From contig NC_043009.1 of assembly GCF_006345805.1 (NCBI RefSeq), positions 63,240,001 to 63,304,000 of the forward strand: DNA of 64,000 nucleotides, written 5' to 3'. The notes under the pieces were generated by a model that saw only the letters and a program-made list of their open reading frames with translations, did not search any database and was not told where the DNA came from. Shown here piece after piece: positions 11,951-23,830 of the stretch. This DNA is from Octopus sinensis (lineage: Eukaryota). Made by a program: the position numbers and the translations under genes. How positions within the stretch are numbered: the first letter of the stretch is position 1; every line of letters starts with the position of its first letter.

Positions 11951-12340
11951 TTGATGGAAGCACTCCGTCGGTTACGACGACGAGGGTTCCGGTTGATCCG
12001 AATCAACGGAACAGCCTGCTCGTGAAATTAATGTGTAAGTGGCTGAGCACTCCACAGACACGTGCACCCTTAACGTAGTTGTCGGGGATATTCAGCGTGA
12101 CACAGAGAGTGACACAGGCCGGCCCTTTGAAATACAGTACAACAGAAACAGGAAGTAAGAGTGAGAGAAGTTGTGGGGAAAGAGTACAGCAGGGATCACC
12201 ACCATCCCCTGCCGGAGCCTCGTGGAGCTTTTTAGGTGTTTTCGCTCAATAAACACTCACAACGCCCGGTCTGGGAATCGAAACCGCGATCCTATGACCG
12301 CGAATCCGCTGCCCTAACCACTGGGCCATTGCGCCTCCAC
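11951..12340 (-). mobile_element. SINE family D (tRNA-Arg-like head, OR1-like), full length
   Basis: Sense head GGAGGCGCAATGGCCCAGTGGTTAGGGCAGCGG...GGTTTCGATTCCC (A and B boxes); near-identical to 63531-63918. Confidence 0.9.
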
Positions 12341-12934
12341 ACATATATACATATACATGCGTATATACATATATACACACGCATATATATTATACATATA
12401 TATATAGAGAGAGAAATAAAGAGAGAGAGGGAGTAAGGTGCATGAGAATAAACGTGATTATAGACACAAACAGATTCAAATATAGATCTCTACGCACCTC
12501 TGCAGGCATTATTCACACCGGCAGACGTTATACACATTCACTTATGCATACATGTGTGAAAATGAAAATCTAAAACATACCGTGAGATTTGTTTCAGCAT
12601 ATGGTAATTTCTATTATTTTTTTTTTTTCTAGAAATAGTACAATTCCGCGCGATTGCATCAGGTGGAATACCCTAATGGTGATCTCAGCGTCGTAGAGAG
12701 AGAGAGGTACGGTCTGTATGTGTATGTGTATGTGTGTGTGTGTGTGTGTGTGTTTGGTGGTGGTGGTTGTGGTGGAGAACTACATGAGGACTATCACGGG
12801 TGTATTGACTTAGTCAAGTTTTGAGACGTCACAGCTGTAGACAATTACGAGACATTCGATTTTCAGACGGAACACAATTAAATAAATAATAAATAAATAA
12901 ATAAATACTCAATACCACAATACCAGCCAGTATA

Positions 12935-13169
12935 TATTTCTTTACTGCCCACAAGGGGCTAAACATAGAAGGGACGAACAAGGACAGACAAAGGGATTAA
13001 GTCGATTACATCGACCCCAGTGCGTAACTGGTACTTAATTTATCGACCCCGAAAGGATGAAAGGCAAAGTCGACCTCGGCGGATTTTGAACCCAGAACAC
13101 TTAACGGCAGACGAAATACGGCTAAGCATTTCGCCCGGCGTGCTAACGTTTCTGCCAGCTCGCCGCCCT
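12935..13169 (-). mobile_element. SINE family A (Meta/MESC-like central domain), young, 16-bp TSD
   Basis: TSD AATACCAGCCAGTATA at 12919-12934 and 13170-13185; sense body GTCGACTTTGCCTTTCATCCTTTCGGGGTCGATAAATTAAGTACCAG. Confidence 0.92.
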
Positions 13170-13198
13170 AATACCAGCCAGTATAGGAGAATATACCA

Positions 13199-13258
<60 letters not shown>

Positions 13259-13327
13259 TTCTCTCTCTTTCTTTCAAAGATACACACACACACACACACA
13301 TACATTTACACACATGAAAACACTAGC

Positions 13328-13365
<38 letters not shown>

Positions 13366-13767
13366 CATACATACTCATATACATTACTCACATACATATA
13401 TACATATACATGCGTATATACATATATACACACACACATATATATATATACATATATATATACGCCCCACGCCGTCCTTCCCCTTCGTCTACCACTCTTT
13501 TTCCTTGCTTTCTTTCCACTCTCGGCCTTTCTCTTCAAACTCATTCGCCCCCACACCTTCTCCTGTTGCTCAATCTCTTCTCTTTTCTCCTTTCTTTTCT
13601 TGCAACCACACACTACGTATGTTCGTTTGTGGGTGTGAGGGTGTACGTGCGTGCACCTGTTTGTGCCTTATATATATATATAATATATATATACACTGAC
13701 CATACATATATTATAAATATATATATATATAATTTTATGAGTACTTATTTGGTATAGTTTATATATG

Positions 13768-13839
<72 letters not shown>

Positions 13840-13850
13840 GTAATGTATGG

Positions 13851-13886
<36 letters not shown>

Positions 13887-13969
13887 TATATATATATATA
13901 CATATATATATGTACACATATATAGTATGTATGTATGTAGGAATGTATTATCAAAAAAGTTTACCTTAC

Positions 13970-14046
<77 letters not shown>

Positions 14047-14172
14047 ACGCATTCGTTTTTATATGGTCATACATACATACTTACTATAAGTAGACATGTG
14101 TGTACTTTTTATACTTTTTCTTACATAAACTGTCATTCTTTCTTTCGTTTCTTCTGTCTGTCCGTCTGTCTG

Positions 14173-14209
<37 letters not shown>

Positions 14210-14642
14210 CTGTACTTATGCCTTCTCCTCCCTCTCTCCGTTTCTCTCTAACACATAATCACTGATCACGTTTGGTTACAGCTCGCAGCCAGTCTGGGCA
14301 ATTAAAATAATTTTACACTTGTATGGTCCACCCTCACCACATCGCCACCAAAATCACCAACGCGCCGACACACCGCCATCACCACCACTACAAATATCAC
14401 CTGCGCCGCCACAACCACTAAAAAACAACACGAAAACTATTATAAACACAACCTCCCCCCACACTCCCGCCACCCCACCTGTCCCTTCATCTTTACCTGG
14501 GGGAAGTCTCTCTCTACGTGCCAGATAAAGCCATCATTTACATCTTACAATATACCTTGTGTTCTAAAACAAAGGGAATGACATTGGATGTTGTCTCAAC
14601 GTAAGATGGAATAGGAATGATTGGGGCAGTTCCATCATAAAG

Positions 14643-15163
14643 TGGCACTCCGTCAGTTGCGACGATGCGGACTCTAGGTGATCCGATCAACGGACCAGCC
14701 TTCTCGTTTCCCAACGATGCAGGATCCAGGTGATCCGATCAACGGACCAGCCTTCTCGTTTCCACGATGCGGGATCCAGGTGATCCGATCAACGGACCGC
14801 CTGCCCGTTTCCAACGATGCGGGATCCAGGTGATCCGATCAACGGACCAGCCTGCTCATTTCCAACGATGCAGGATCCAGGTGATCCGATCAAACGGAAC
14901 AGCCTGCTCGTTTCCAACGATGCAGGATCCAGGTGATCCGATCAACGGAACAGCCTGCTCGTGTTCCAACGATGCAGGATCCAGGTGATCCGATCAACGG
15001 AACAGCCTGCCCGTTTCCAACGATGCAGGATCCAGGTGATCCGATCTACGGAACAGCCTGCTCGTTTCCAGCGATGCGGATCCAGGTGATCCGATCAACG
15101 GCCAGCCTGCTTGTTTCCAACGATGCGGGATCCAGGTGATCCGATCAACGGAACAGCCTGCTC
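14643..15163. repeat. ~51-bp minisatellite x10 derived from the SINE D 3' tail
   Basis: GATCCGATC anchors at 14680, 14732, 14782, 14832, 14883, 14935, 14987, 15038, 15088 and 15138; unit shares TGATCCGATCAACGGAACAGCCTGCTCGT with SINE D. Confidence 0.92.
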
Positions 15164-15208
15164 CTTTAAAAGGTATGTTTGACAATCTAAGAACAGGAAA
15201 TAACAACA

Positions 15209-15308
15209 NNNNNNNNNNNNNNNNNNNNNNNNNNNNNNNNNNNNNNNNNNNNNNNNNNNNNNNNNNNNNNNNNNNNNNNNNNNNNNNNNNNNNNNNNNNN
15301 NNNNNNNN
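15209..15308. other. Assembly gap (100 N)
   Basis: Run of n. Confidence 1.
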
Positions 15309-15856
15309 CACGGTTACAGAGATACACACATAAAAAATACTCAAACAGACACACAGAGACGTGTGTGTGCGTGTATACGTGTGTATGTGTGTGTGTGTGA
15401 GTTGCCTCTCCTGAGACAATCCTCTCTCCCTCCCTCTCTCTCTCTCTAATAACTCCCAATATTCACCTTTTCATTCTCTTTCTCATGTTGGCACCTTACT
15501 CTCTGCACTTTCGCCTCTCTCTCTCTCTCATTCCCTCACTCCATCCCTCTCTCAGTCCCTCTCTCTCTCTCTCTCTCCCTAATTTCAACTTTTGCTTATT
15601 CCGTTTAATTTGCAGTTCCTGTTTCACAAAAAAAAAAAAACAGGTTCAATTCCCAGGTAAGACACCTGGTAACCATCAGAGAACTTGTTAGCAACAGTTT
15701 ATACATTCTCTATCTTTCAAGGACATAACAAGGTAACCTTTTACTCGGAGATTCTTAAGCAAAGCTTTATATACACAGCTGCTGCACACACTCACACACG
15801 CATGCATATGTATGTATATATATGTGTGTGTGTGTGTGTGTGTGGTGTGTGTGGTG

Positions 15857-15901
<45 letters not shown>

Positions 15902-15992
15902 GTATATATATATATATTATATATAGAGGAGAGAGGAGAGAGAGAGAGAGAGATAGATAGATAGACAGACAGATAGATAGATAGATAAATGC

Positions 15993-16035
<43 letters not shown>

Positions 16036-16659
16036 TGTATTTATATATGTGTGTGTGTATGTCTGTATGTATATATATATATACATATATAAATACATAT
16101 ATATATATGTATATATATGCATTTATTTATGTATTTATATATAGAGAGAGAGGTGTATAGAGATATATATGTATACATATATGTAGATGTATGTATGCAC
16201 GTATGTGTGTTTGTGTTTATGTACGCATATAGTGTTTGTGCAAGCGTGTGTGTATGTGTATGTGTATGTGTATGTAGGAGGACAAGTGAATGGTTGCATA
16301 GATATGGATATGTATGTAAAGTATGTCTCCATAAATCTATTCATATCTGTGAGTGTGCGTATGTGTGTGTGTACGTACGTGTGTGTGTGCGTATGTGCGT
16401 ATGGGCGTATGTGCGTATATGCGTTTGTGTGTGAGTGTGTGTGTGTGTGTTTGTGTGTGCACGCGTATGTGTCAGTATGTATATGTGCGCGAGTGTGCAA
16501 GTAAGTCAGTGCAACGAACATACGAATTTGAGCTGCTTAAAGAAGGAATCGATGGGGGGGGCTGGTGCCAATGTTTAATGGTTGCTCACTGCGACTTTGC
16601 ATTCTTTTATTACAAATCTCAGAGGAAACACCTTTCGTTGGCCTCGGCTCTTGACCTTC

Positions 16660-16990
16660 ACTGAGCCGTTCCACTGACCTTCACTAAGCCATTCCAACAT
16701 GCTGTAAACGCGTATCTGCAGCTAGTTATTAAGCACTATAGAATTGATGAGTAGCAATAGCATGGGAGCATACGCTGTAACAGCGCGTCGCTGCACCCAC
16801 CATTTGGCGGTGTTTCCCTACTCCACCAGGAATAGGGAAACACCTACTCTTGGCGAAGTAGGTGTTTTCCTACTTCCTACATCTCTGCACTTCTCAGGCC
16901 ACAACCCTCCAAATCGTGGGTTTGTTTAGGTAGTCGTTGCTGAGGGATTTACGAGATCGGAGCGGAAATCCTAGCTCAGCCCCTTTTAGT
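16660..16990. other. GC-rich island of nested inverted and direct repeats
   Basis: 12-bp stem 16809-16820/16833-16844, alternative stem with 16857-16870, stem 16855-16862/16869-16876, stem 16939-16950/16966-16980, and a 23-bp direct repeat near 16670-16715. Confidence 0.7.
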
Positions 16991-17701
16991 GGGAAACGTT
17001 GGGGTCTTTTCTTTGGCATTCCTGTCCCCAAATAACGCGTGCTAGAAGGGTTGACTTAAAATTCTATAACTAAAAAAATCTCAATGCAATATCTTTCAAA
17101 AATATGTACATCTCTGCCTTGAAAAATATACGACTCATTGGATGAGGTTGTCCTGGATACGCAATGTTTATAGAAAAGATAGAGCGATTATGGCTGGTGA
17201 CTTGTGTCCACCACCCCATGTACCAGCATCCTGATTTTCAACTAGAATAGACCATGTGCTCATCGCCTGAAGATTTCTTGGGGATACAAAAAATTATGAA
17301 AACCTGCCGTGCCACGTGTCTTCACGGCAAGAAACTATTGGTGGCACTTACCGTTATACTGTGTACGTTAAATGATATGTATATATATAGAGAGAGAGAG
17401 AGGGAGAGAGAAAAAGATAGATGGATGGATGGATGGATGGATGTAAGGAAGGAAGGAAGGATGGATGCATGCATGCGACGGGCTTTTCATAGTTTCTGTC
17501 TACAGTGGAGATTCTACACAATACACCCACAAGTCTCTGGTGGGCCCAGGCTTGTAAAGGAAGTCACGAAGCATGCAGTGGAGCTGAACGTGAAACCATT
17601 TGGTTGGGGAAGCGAACCTCTTACCACATAGCCGTGTGGTAAAACAGGCACACGTACGCATAAACACACACACAAATAACTAGTATTCTATTAAAACATT
17701 G

Positions 17702-18288
17702 TTCTTTTCTACTCTAGACACAAGGCCCAAAATTTGGGGGTAGTGGCGGGGCCAGTCGATTAGATCGGCCCCAGTACGCAAGTGGTACTTAATTTATCGA
17801 CCCAGAAAAGATGAAAAGCAACGTCGACCTCGGCGGAATTTGAACTCAGAACGTAGCGGCAGACGAAATACCTATTTTTTACTACCCACAAGAGGCTAAA
17901 CACAGAGGGGACAAACAAGGACAGACAAACGAATTAAGTCGATTATATCGACCCCAGTGCGTAATTGGTACTTTTTTAATCGACCCCGAAAGGATGAAAG
18001 GCAAAGTTGACCTTGGCGGAATTTGAACTCAGAACGTAAAGACAGTCGAAGTACCTATTTCTTTACTACCAACAAGGAGCTAAACACAGAGGGGACAAAC
18101 AAGGACACACAAACGGATTAAGTCGATTATATCGACCCCAGTGCGTAATTGGTACTTTTTTAATCGACCCCGAAAGGATGAAAGGCAAAGTCGACCTCGG
18201 CGGAATTTGAACTCAGAACATAAAGACAGACGAAATATCGCTAAGCATTACGCCTGGCGTGCTAACGCTTCTGCTAGCTCGCCGCCTT
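17702..18288 (-). mobile_element. SINE A trimer (one head plus three ~184-bp bodies)
   Basis: Junctions GAAATAC|CTATTT at 17871/17872 and GAAGTAC|CTATTT at 18054/18055; single head ending GCTCGCCGCC. Confidence 0.9.
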
Positions 18289-18647
18289 CAATTAAGCCAT
18301 TATTAAAAGAATAATTAACAAAGGAAGTGGGTTAATAGGTTTACGTGTAGGAATGTGAATGCTGAGGCAGTGTACTCGGGTGGTCTGATGAGGTCTTAAA
18401 TAGACTTAATCCTCCCTTCATTACAATTGATTCAGCTTTTGTACTTATTACCCCTGGTTTGTACTTATAGCAAAAAAATAAATAAATAACTGTAACTTTG
18501 TTTTGTTTTTGTTTTGGAACTGTTAAAGTACCTTTTCTAGAAATATCTGCTGTTCTCCGTATATCTCTATAGTAGTAGTAGTAGTAGTAGTAGTGAGGGA
18601 TATTCATTGTTTTTGCTGATTTCACACGTTTGCATTAAAGTGTTTTC

Positions 18648-18724
<77 letters not shown>

Positions 18725-18728
<4 letters not shown>

Positions 18729-18912
18729 TAATCCAAACAAGAAAGCACAAAAAAAAACACAACAACGCGAGGACGTAGAGCAAATATAGTATTATTGGAC
18801 GCTCATGAAAGAAGGAAAGAAGGAGGGTTTAACGTTTCGAGCGGAGCTCTTCGTCGGAAACATAGGAGAAGGAAAGATCCAGAGAAGGGAAGACAGAGGA
18901 AAAAAATCGCTA
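18725..18912 (-). mobile_element. Minimal-hammerhead repeat, copy 2
   Basis: Motif 18827-18861 is identical (reverse complement) to 42144-42178; between (TA)n and (GATA)n. Confidence 0.75.
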
Positions 18913-18915
18913 TAT

Positions 18916-19029
<114 letters not shown>

Positions 19030-19234
19030 GTGTGTATTTTTCCTTTGTTAACAATTAACAAGGATAAAATAGATAAATAGTTACCAGGGTAGCAAACAAT
19101 CACACAAGTAAAAAGGTTGTGACTCCTTGTTTTTAAAGTTAGAAACTTCAGGTTTACGTGGAATTTTTATATAATATATATAAATAAATGAATAAATAAA
19201 TGGAGTTTAACGCAGGTGTTATTCAAATCCTTTT

Positions 19235-19323
19235 ACTTCCGACACATGTTTCGAAGATATCACTGATATTATTCCAAAGAAGTAAAATGGTGTAAAACAA
19301 TGTAATCTTCTCTTCAGGGAAGT
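19235..19323 (-). ncRNA. Type I hammerhead ribozyme motif, complete core
   Basis: Minus strand: ACTTCC-CTGAAGA-GAAGAT-(46 nt)-ATCTTC-GAA-AC-ATGT-GT-C-GGAAGT; stem I 6 bp, stem II 6 bp, GUC cleavage triplet. Confidence 0.85.
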
Positions 19324-19637
19324 GAAGAAATGAAACTCGCCAATAAGACATTTTAACAGGAAATGATGGATATGTATTGTAATTAACTGAACGCTATTAA
19401 TATTGTTTCAAAAAAACGTCAGGGGTAGCCTATAGAAAGAGGAGGGATAAAGTAAAGAAAAACTAAATAAATGACCCGGTTATGCAGGGTCAAGAATTCA
19501 CCTCGAAGAATTCTTAGTCGAATGACCGCAGTACTTTTCTTTAAACTTTATACACTCCGGTTGTCGAGAGCTAATGGCGTGGGGAGGGTAAAAACACAGA
19601 CATTCGCACATAAACACACACACACATATATATATAT

Positions 19638-19802
19638 ACGACGGGCTTCTTTCAGTTAGCACCTACAAAATCCACTCACACGGATTTGGTCGGCCTGAGA
19701 CTATAGTAGAAGATATTTGCCCAAGGTGTCACGCAGTGGGACTGAATCTCGAAACTTGTGCTTGGGAAGCAAGATTCTTCCCACACAACCACGCCTGCGC
19801 CT
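19638..19802 (-). mobile_element. SINE B 5' half
   Basis: ACGACGGGCTTCTTTCAG...CACGCCTGCGCCT; other partial 5' halves at ~17477-17635 (-) and ~20430-20580 (+). Confidence 0.8.
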
Positions 19803-19808
19803 ATATAA

Positions 19809-19866
<58 letters not shown>

Positions 19867-19977
19867 GTGGTGTGTGTGTGTGTATGTAAGTATGTATTTA
19901 TATATATATTTGCAAATGTATGTGTATATATATATGAATATATATAACCACATATATGTCTATATATACACACGTAC

Positions 19978-20010
<33 letters not shown>

Positions 20011-21057
20011 AAACAGTTCTTTTGTATGACTACTGGAATACATAATAACTAATACGTGAATGTGTGTGAGCGTGCACGTGTATGTTTGTATGCTTTAAAT
20101 AAAATGAAAAGAGTCGACGTACAACGACTTGACCCCTTTTATGGCATAATACTAAAAACATTTAAGCCTCAAGCAGATAACGATCTACGAGATGGAAAAG
20201 GCGACAACACATATTAATCCGATTATTATCTTCATTGTTTCACGTTAATTTCGTCTGGCGTAATCTGCAACCGTCTTCATGTAGCATGTTTTGCATATAC
20301 AGAGAGCAGAGGACAAGAGATTGTCACACAAGGACCGTTTTTTATTATACTACATATAAAAATAATTCACAGTTCAATTGATATATTTGGTACCATAAGT
20401 GCTTTAGTTTTAGATAAAGTGTTACAATGTAAAAAGTTATGGATGTGTGGTTAAGAAATTCGTTTCGTAACCAAGTAGCTTTGAGTTCAATTTCATTGAG
20501 TAAACGGCACCTATGGCTGGTATCTTCCAATATAGCCTTGGGCAGAGCAATGTTATGAAAATGAATCTGGCAGACGAATTGCATTTTTTGAGTCTTAAGT
20601 TTTTACGTTACAGCGATCACCAGGTGAGAACGGCTATTGCTGGTGATGTTTTTTTTTCTTTTGTATCTATAGTTTTGGGCCTCTTGCTTTGTTTGTGTCT
20701 ATCGTTTATATTGGTTGATTCTCTGGAGGTTCTTTATGTTATGTTATTTTTATTAAGGGTTTAATGTGTTTTTTTTCATTGGTTGGTTTATAATGTTGTT
20801 CTACTGAGTCTTGTTTTATTTTACTTTGTTTAGCACAGTTCTTAAGCTATTTGACATTCTTTTGTTGTTGTTTATTTTTAATGTTTCTTCTTGTTATTTA
20901 ATTTTTCATAAACTTATTAATCAAGAATAATTATTTGTTGCTTGGTATCAAAAAGTTTTTTCTTCATTAAATGGGTTTTAATGGTATTTTTGCTAGGTTC
21001 ATTGGGTGTATTTCTTATTTTTCCGAATTCAGTATGCCGTAGTTTATTATTGTTGTA

Positions 21058-21099
<42 letters not shown>

Positions 21100-21291
21100 A
21101 GAAGAAGAAGAAAAGATATGTATAAGCATGCACGTCTACATAAATACATACAAACGTACAAATGTACATACGTACAAACAATCATATATATATATACATA
21201 CATAAAAGGGAAAATATTTAAATATAAGTCATTGCATGTGTGTTTATATATAAACACATACATACATACACAGATATGTATACATACATAA

Positions 21292-21371
<80 letters not shown>

Positions 21372-22469
21372 CTCACACAGAGAGAGAATACAGACAGACT
21401 GGCCGAGGGACAGATAGATTGGCAGACAGACAGATAGACAGACGGACAGACAGACGCCAGATGAGGAAAATAAGAGAAAAGGGAGAAAAGGATATATATA
21501 TATAAGCATGCGTGTCTACATACATACATACAAACATACAAATATACGCACATACATATATACATACATACATACACCATACATACATACACACGTTTAA
21601 GCAATGTGACTGCCAGAAGAATGGAACCGATTTTCGTGAACCCCTGCTGCTTGTGAAGATCGTTCTTAAAATGTGCATGAGTGTCGATATATTTTTCGTA
21701 TGTGTATTGATGCATGTGGGACCACTTAATAGTAAAATGTTAAAGTGAAAACATGTAAAATAAGATTCTTGAATAGTTTTGAAACAAGATAGACAATTCT
21801 TAAAATTCTGTTGCGAGATATTTCAACGAAAAAAAAAACATTCCCAAACGAAATATATTTAAATTTCTTCTGAAACGAAACTAACAGTCCTTTACCGAAT
21901 GCACGCGTTTTAAGCTATCTGAAAGCAATAAATTTGACTTCCATGTATTAATTCGCACATACGGTAGTCCAGATAAAATCACTGGTCAATATATTTACAT
22001 AAGAGGAAGCCTCCCATAACATTAATAATAACATTCAATTTATCTAATCGTTAAGATTTTATTTTTAATTTCAAGCTTCTGTAATTTAATAATTATAAAA
22101 TTTTGGAATGTCTCTCTACAAAATAAATTCCTGCAGTGGTAACAGCTGCAGGCTGTTTCTCATTTGCAGTTAAATAATATTCCTGGCCGTCTTAATATCT
22201 GAAAATGTTTAGTTGAGCATAGCCTAAAATTTAGTGTTCCATTGAAGTATGAAGTGGTTTTGATGACGATGTTAATTAAGCATGCTCCGAGCCGTAGTCC
22301 ATAAGTTTCTACGCGAATCGGGGAAAGGACATGGTTCTTTTCTTACTGCTTGATCTAAACATTTGCAGTTGCTGGAAATAAGTGCTTTTGGGTATGTTCG
22401 CGGAGAGTAGTGTCAGGTCGTTATAGATACCGTATATGTCACTGCATTGGAAAGGAAAGGTCAGCTAAC

Positions 22470-22879
22470 TCTCTCTCTCTTTCACTTGTTTCAGTCATTT
22501 GACTGCGGCCATGCTGGAGCACCGCCTTTAGTCGAGCAAATCGACCCCGGAACTTATTCTTTTTGTAAGCCCAGTACTTATTCTATCGGTTCTCTTTTGC
22601 CGAACCGCTAGCTGACGGGGACGTAAACACACCAGCATCGGTTGTCAAGCAATGCTAGGGGGACAAACACAGACACACCACAAACACACACACACATATA
22701 TATATATACATATATACGACGGGCTTCTTTCAGTTTCCGTCTACCAAATCCACTCACAAGGCATTGGTCGGCCCGGGGCTATAGCAGAAGACACTTGCCC
22801 AAGATGCCACGCAGTGGGACTGAACCCGGAACCATGTGGTTGGTTAGCAAGCTACTTACCACACAGCCACTCCTGCGCC
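22470..22879 (-). mobile_element. SINE family B, full length
   Basis: Sense head GGCGCAGGAGTGGCTGTGTGGTAAG...GGGTTCAGTCCC, CORE-like CTTGGGCAAGTGTC, internal microsatellite, tail GGCGGTGCTCCAGCATGGCCGCAGTCAAATGACTGAAAC. Confidence 0.92.
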
Positions 22880-23521
22880 ACTAAGTGGACAGGAAAAGGA
22901 ATTTTTGGAGTTAGGCTTGTCTACGTATTTATTCTCGGTTAGCAGTGTAATAAAGGCAGAAACTGATGCCACAAGCGTTAATTTTGATGGAGATTTTGTT
23001 GCACTTCTGCGTCGATCGGAAATGATGTCTTATTAGAGACAAAGTTTCTGGCTATATAAGTAACTACAGTGACGTTGCATGGTTGGTTAAACTACATCCC
23101 TATGAACAGGCAGTTCACAACGCTGCTACTATTTAGGTTACATATATTATACAACAACTTGATACTCTATGTTGCTCACCACCGATGGACGAAGTGATAC
23201 TATCGAACAGTATTGAAACCCTTGTGATGTCCGGTGGACAGCTGAAGAAGGGTGTATTGGGTTATTGTAGTGCTTTTCCTTTTCTTGGTTTAATTATACG
23301 CACAGCGGAGAAGAACAACATGCCTAAGAGAATTCAGTATATCTAGTGAGGCATTCCCTTCTTTATGCACGTACCTGATGTAACAGAAACTGCACAGATT
23401 GATGCAACACAATTAGATACACAATATCCTATCCATGACGGACAGTTGCGGGATGAGTCGAAACGATCGTCGCACTGAATAAAGACTAGTGCTAAATCTA
23501 TCTTCTATTTCTTTCATCAAT

Positions 23522-23560
<39 letters not shown>

Positions 23561-23561
23561 T

Positions 23562-23807
23562 GGCGCGTGGCTTAGTGGTTAGGGTATCAACATCATGATC
23601 GTAAGGTTGTGGTTTCGATTCCTGGGCCGGGCGACGCGTTGTGTTCTTGAGCAAAACACTTTATTTCACGTTGCTCCAGTCCACTCAGCTGGCAAACAGG
23701 AGTAACGCTGCAATGGACTGGCATCCCGTCCAGCTGGAGGACACATACGCCATTGAAACCGAGAAACCAGGCCCATGAGCTTGGCTAGGCTTTAAAAGAG
23801 CGCATTT
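23562..23807 (+). mobile_element. SINE family C, full length
   Basis: tRNA head plus GTTGCTCCAGTCCACTCAGCTG and ATGGACTGGCATCCCGTCCAG (V-domain-like). Confidence 0.9.
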
Positions 23808-23830
23808 ATATATATATATAAATATACACA

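Noticed and set aside
11951-12340. tRNA genes in SINE heads (families B-E)
   Set aside because: A and B boxes are present but there is no complete cloverleaf, and heads continue into SINE bodies.
14643-15163. CRISPR-like appearance of the 51-bp array
   Set aside because: Units are near-identical along their whole length, there are no unique spacers and no cas genes, the context is eukaryotic, and the unit derives from a SINE tail.
16805-16880. HDV-like ribozyme suggested by TGGCGAAGTAGG
   Set aside because: Could not build P3/L3 and P1.1 in the required nested order; the segment forms simple hairpins instead.
20650-21000. Strand-asymmetric T-rich tract as a Penelope ORF N-terminus
   Set aside because: Only faint, frameshifted similarity on the minus strand; not supportable by eye.
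21390-21760. Helitron/HINE-like motifs (GAACCGATTTTCGTGAA; also ~55500-55620)
   Set aside because: Short motif resemblance only; no termini or terminal hairpin identified.
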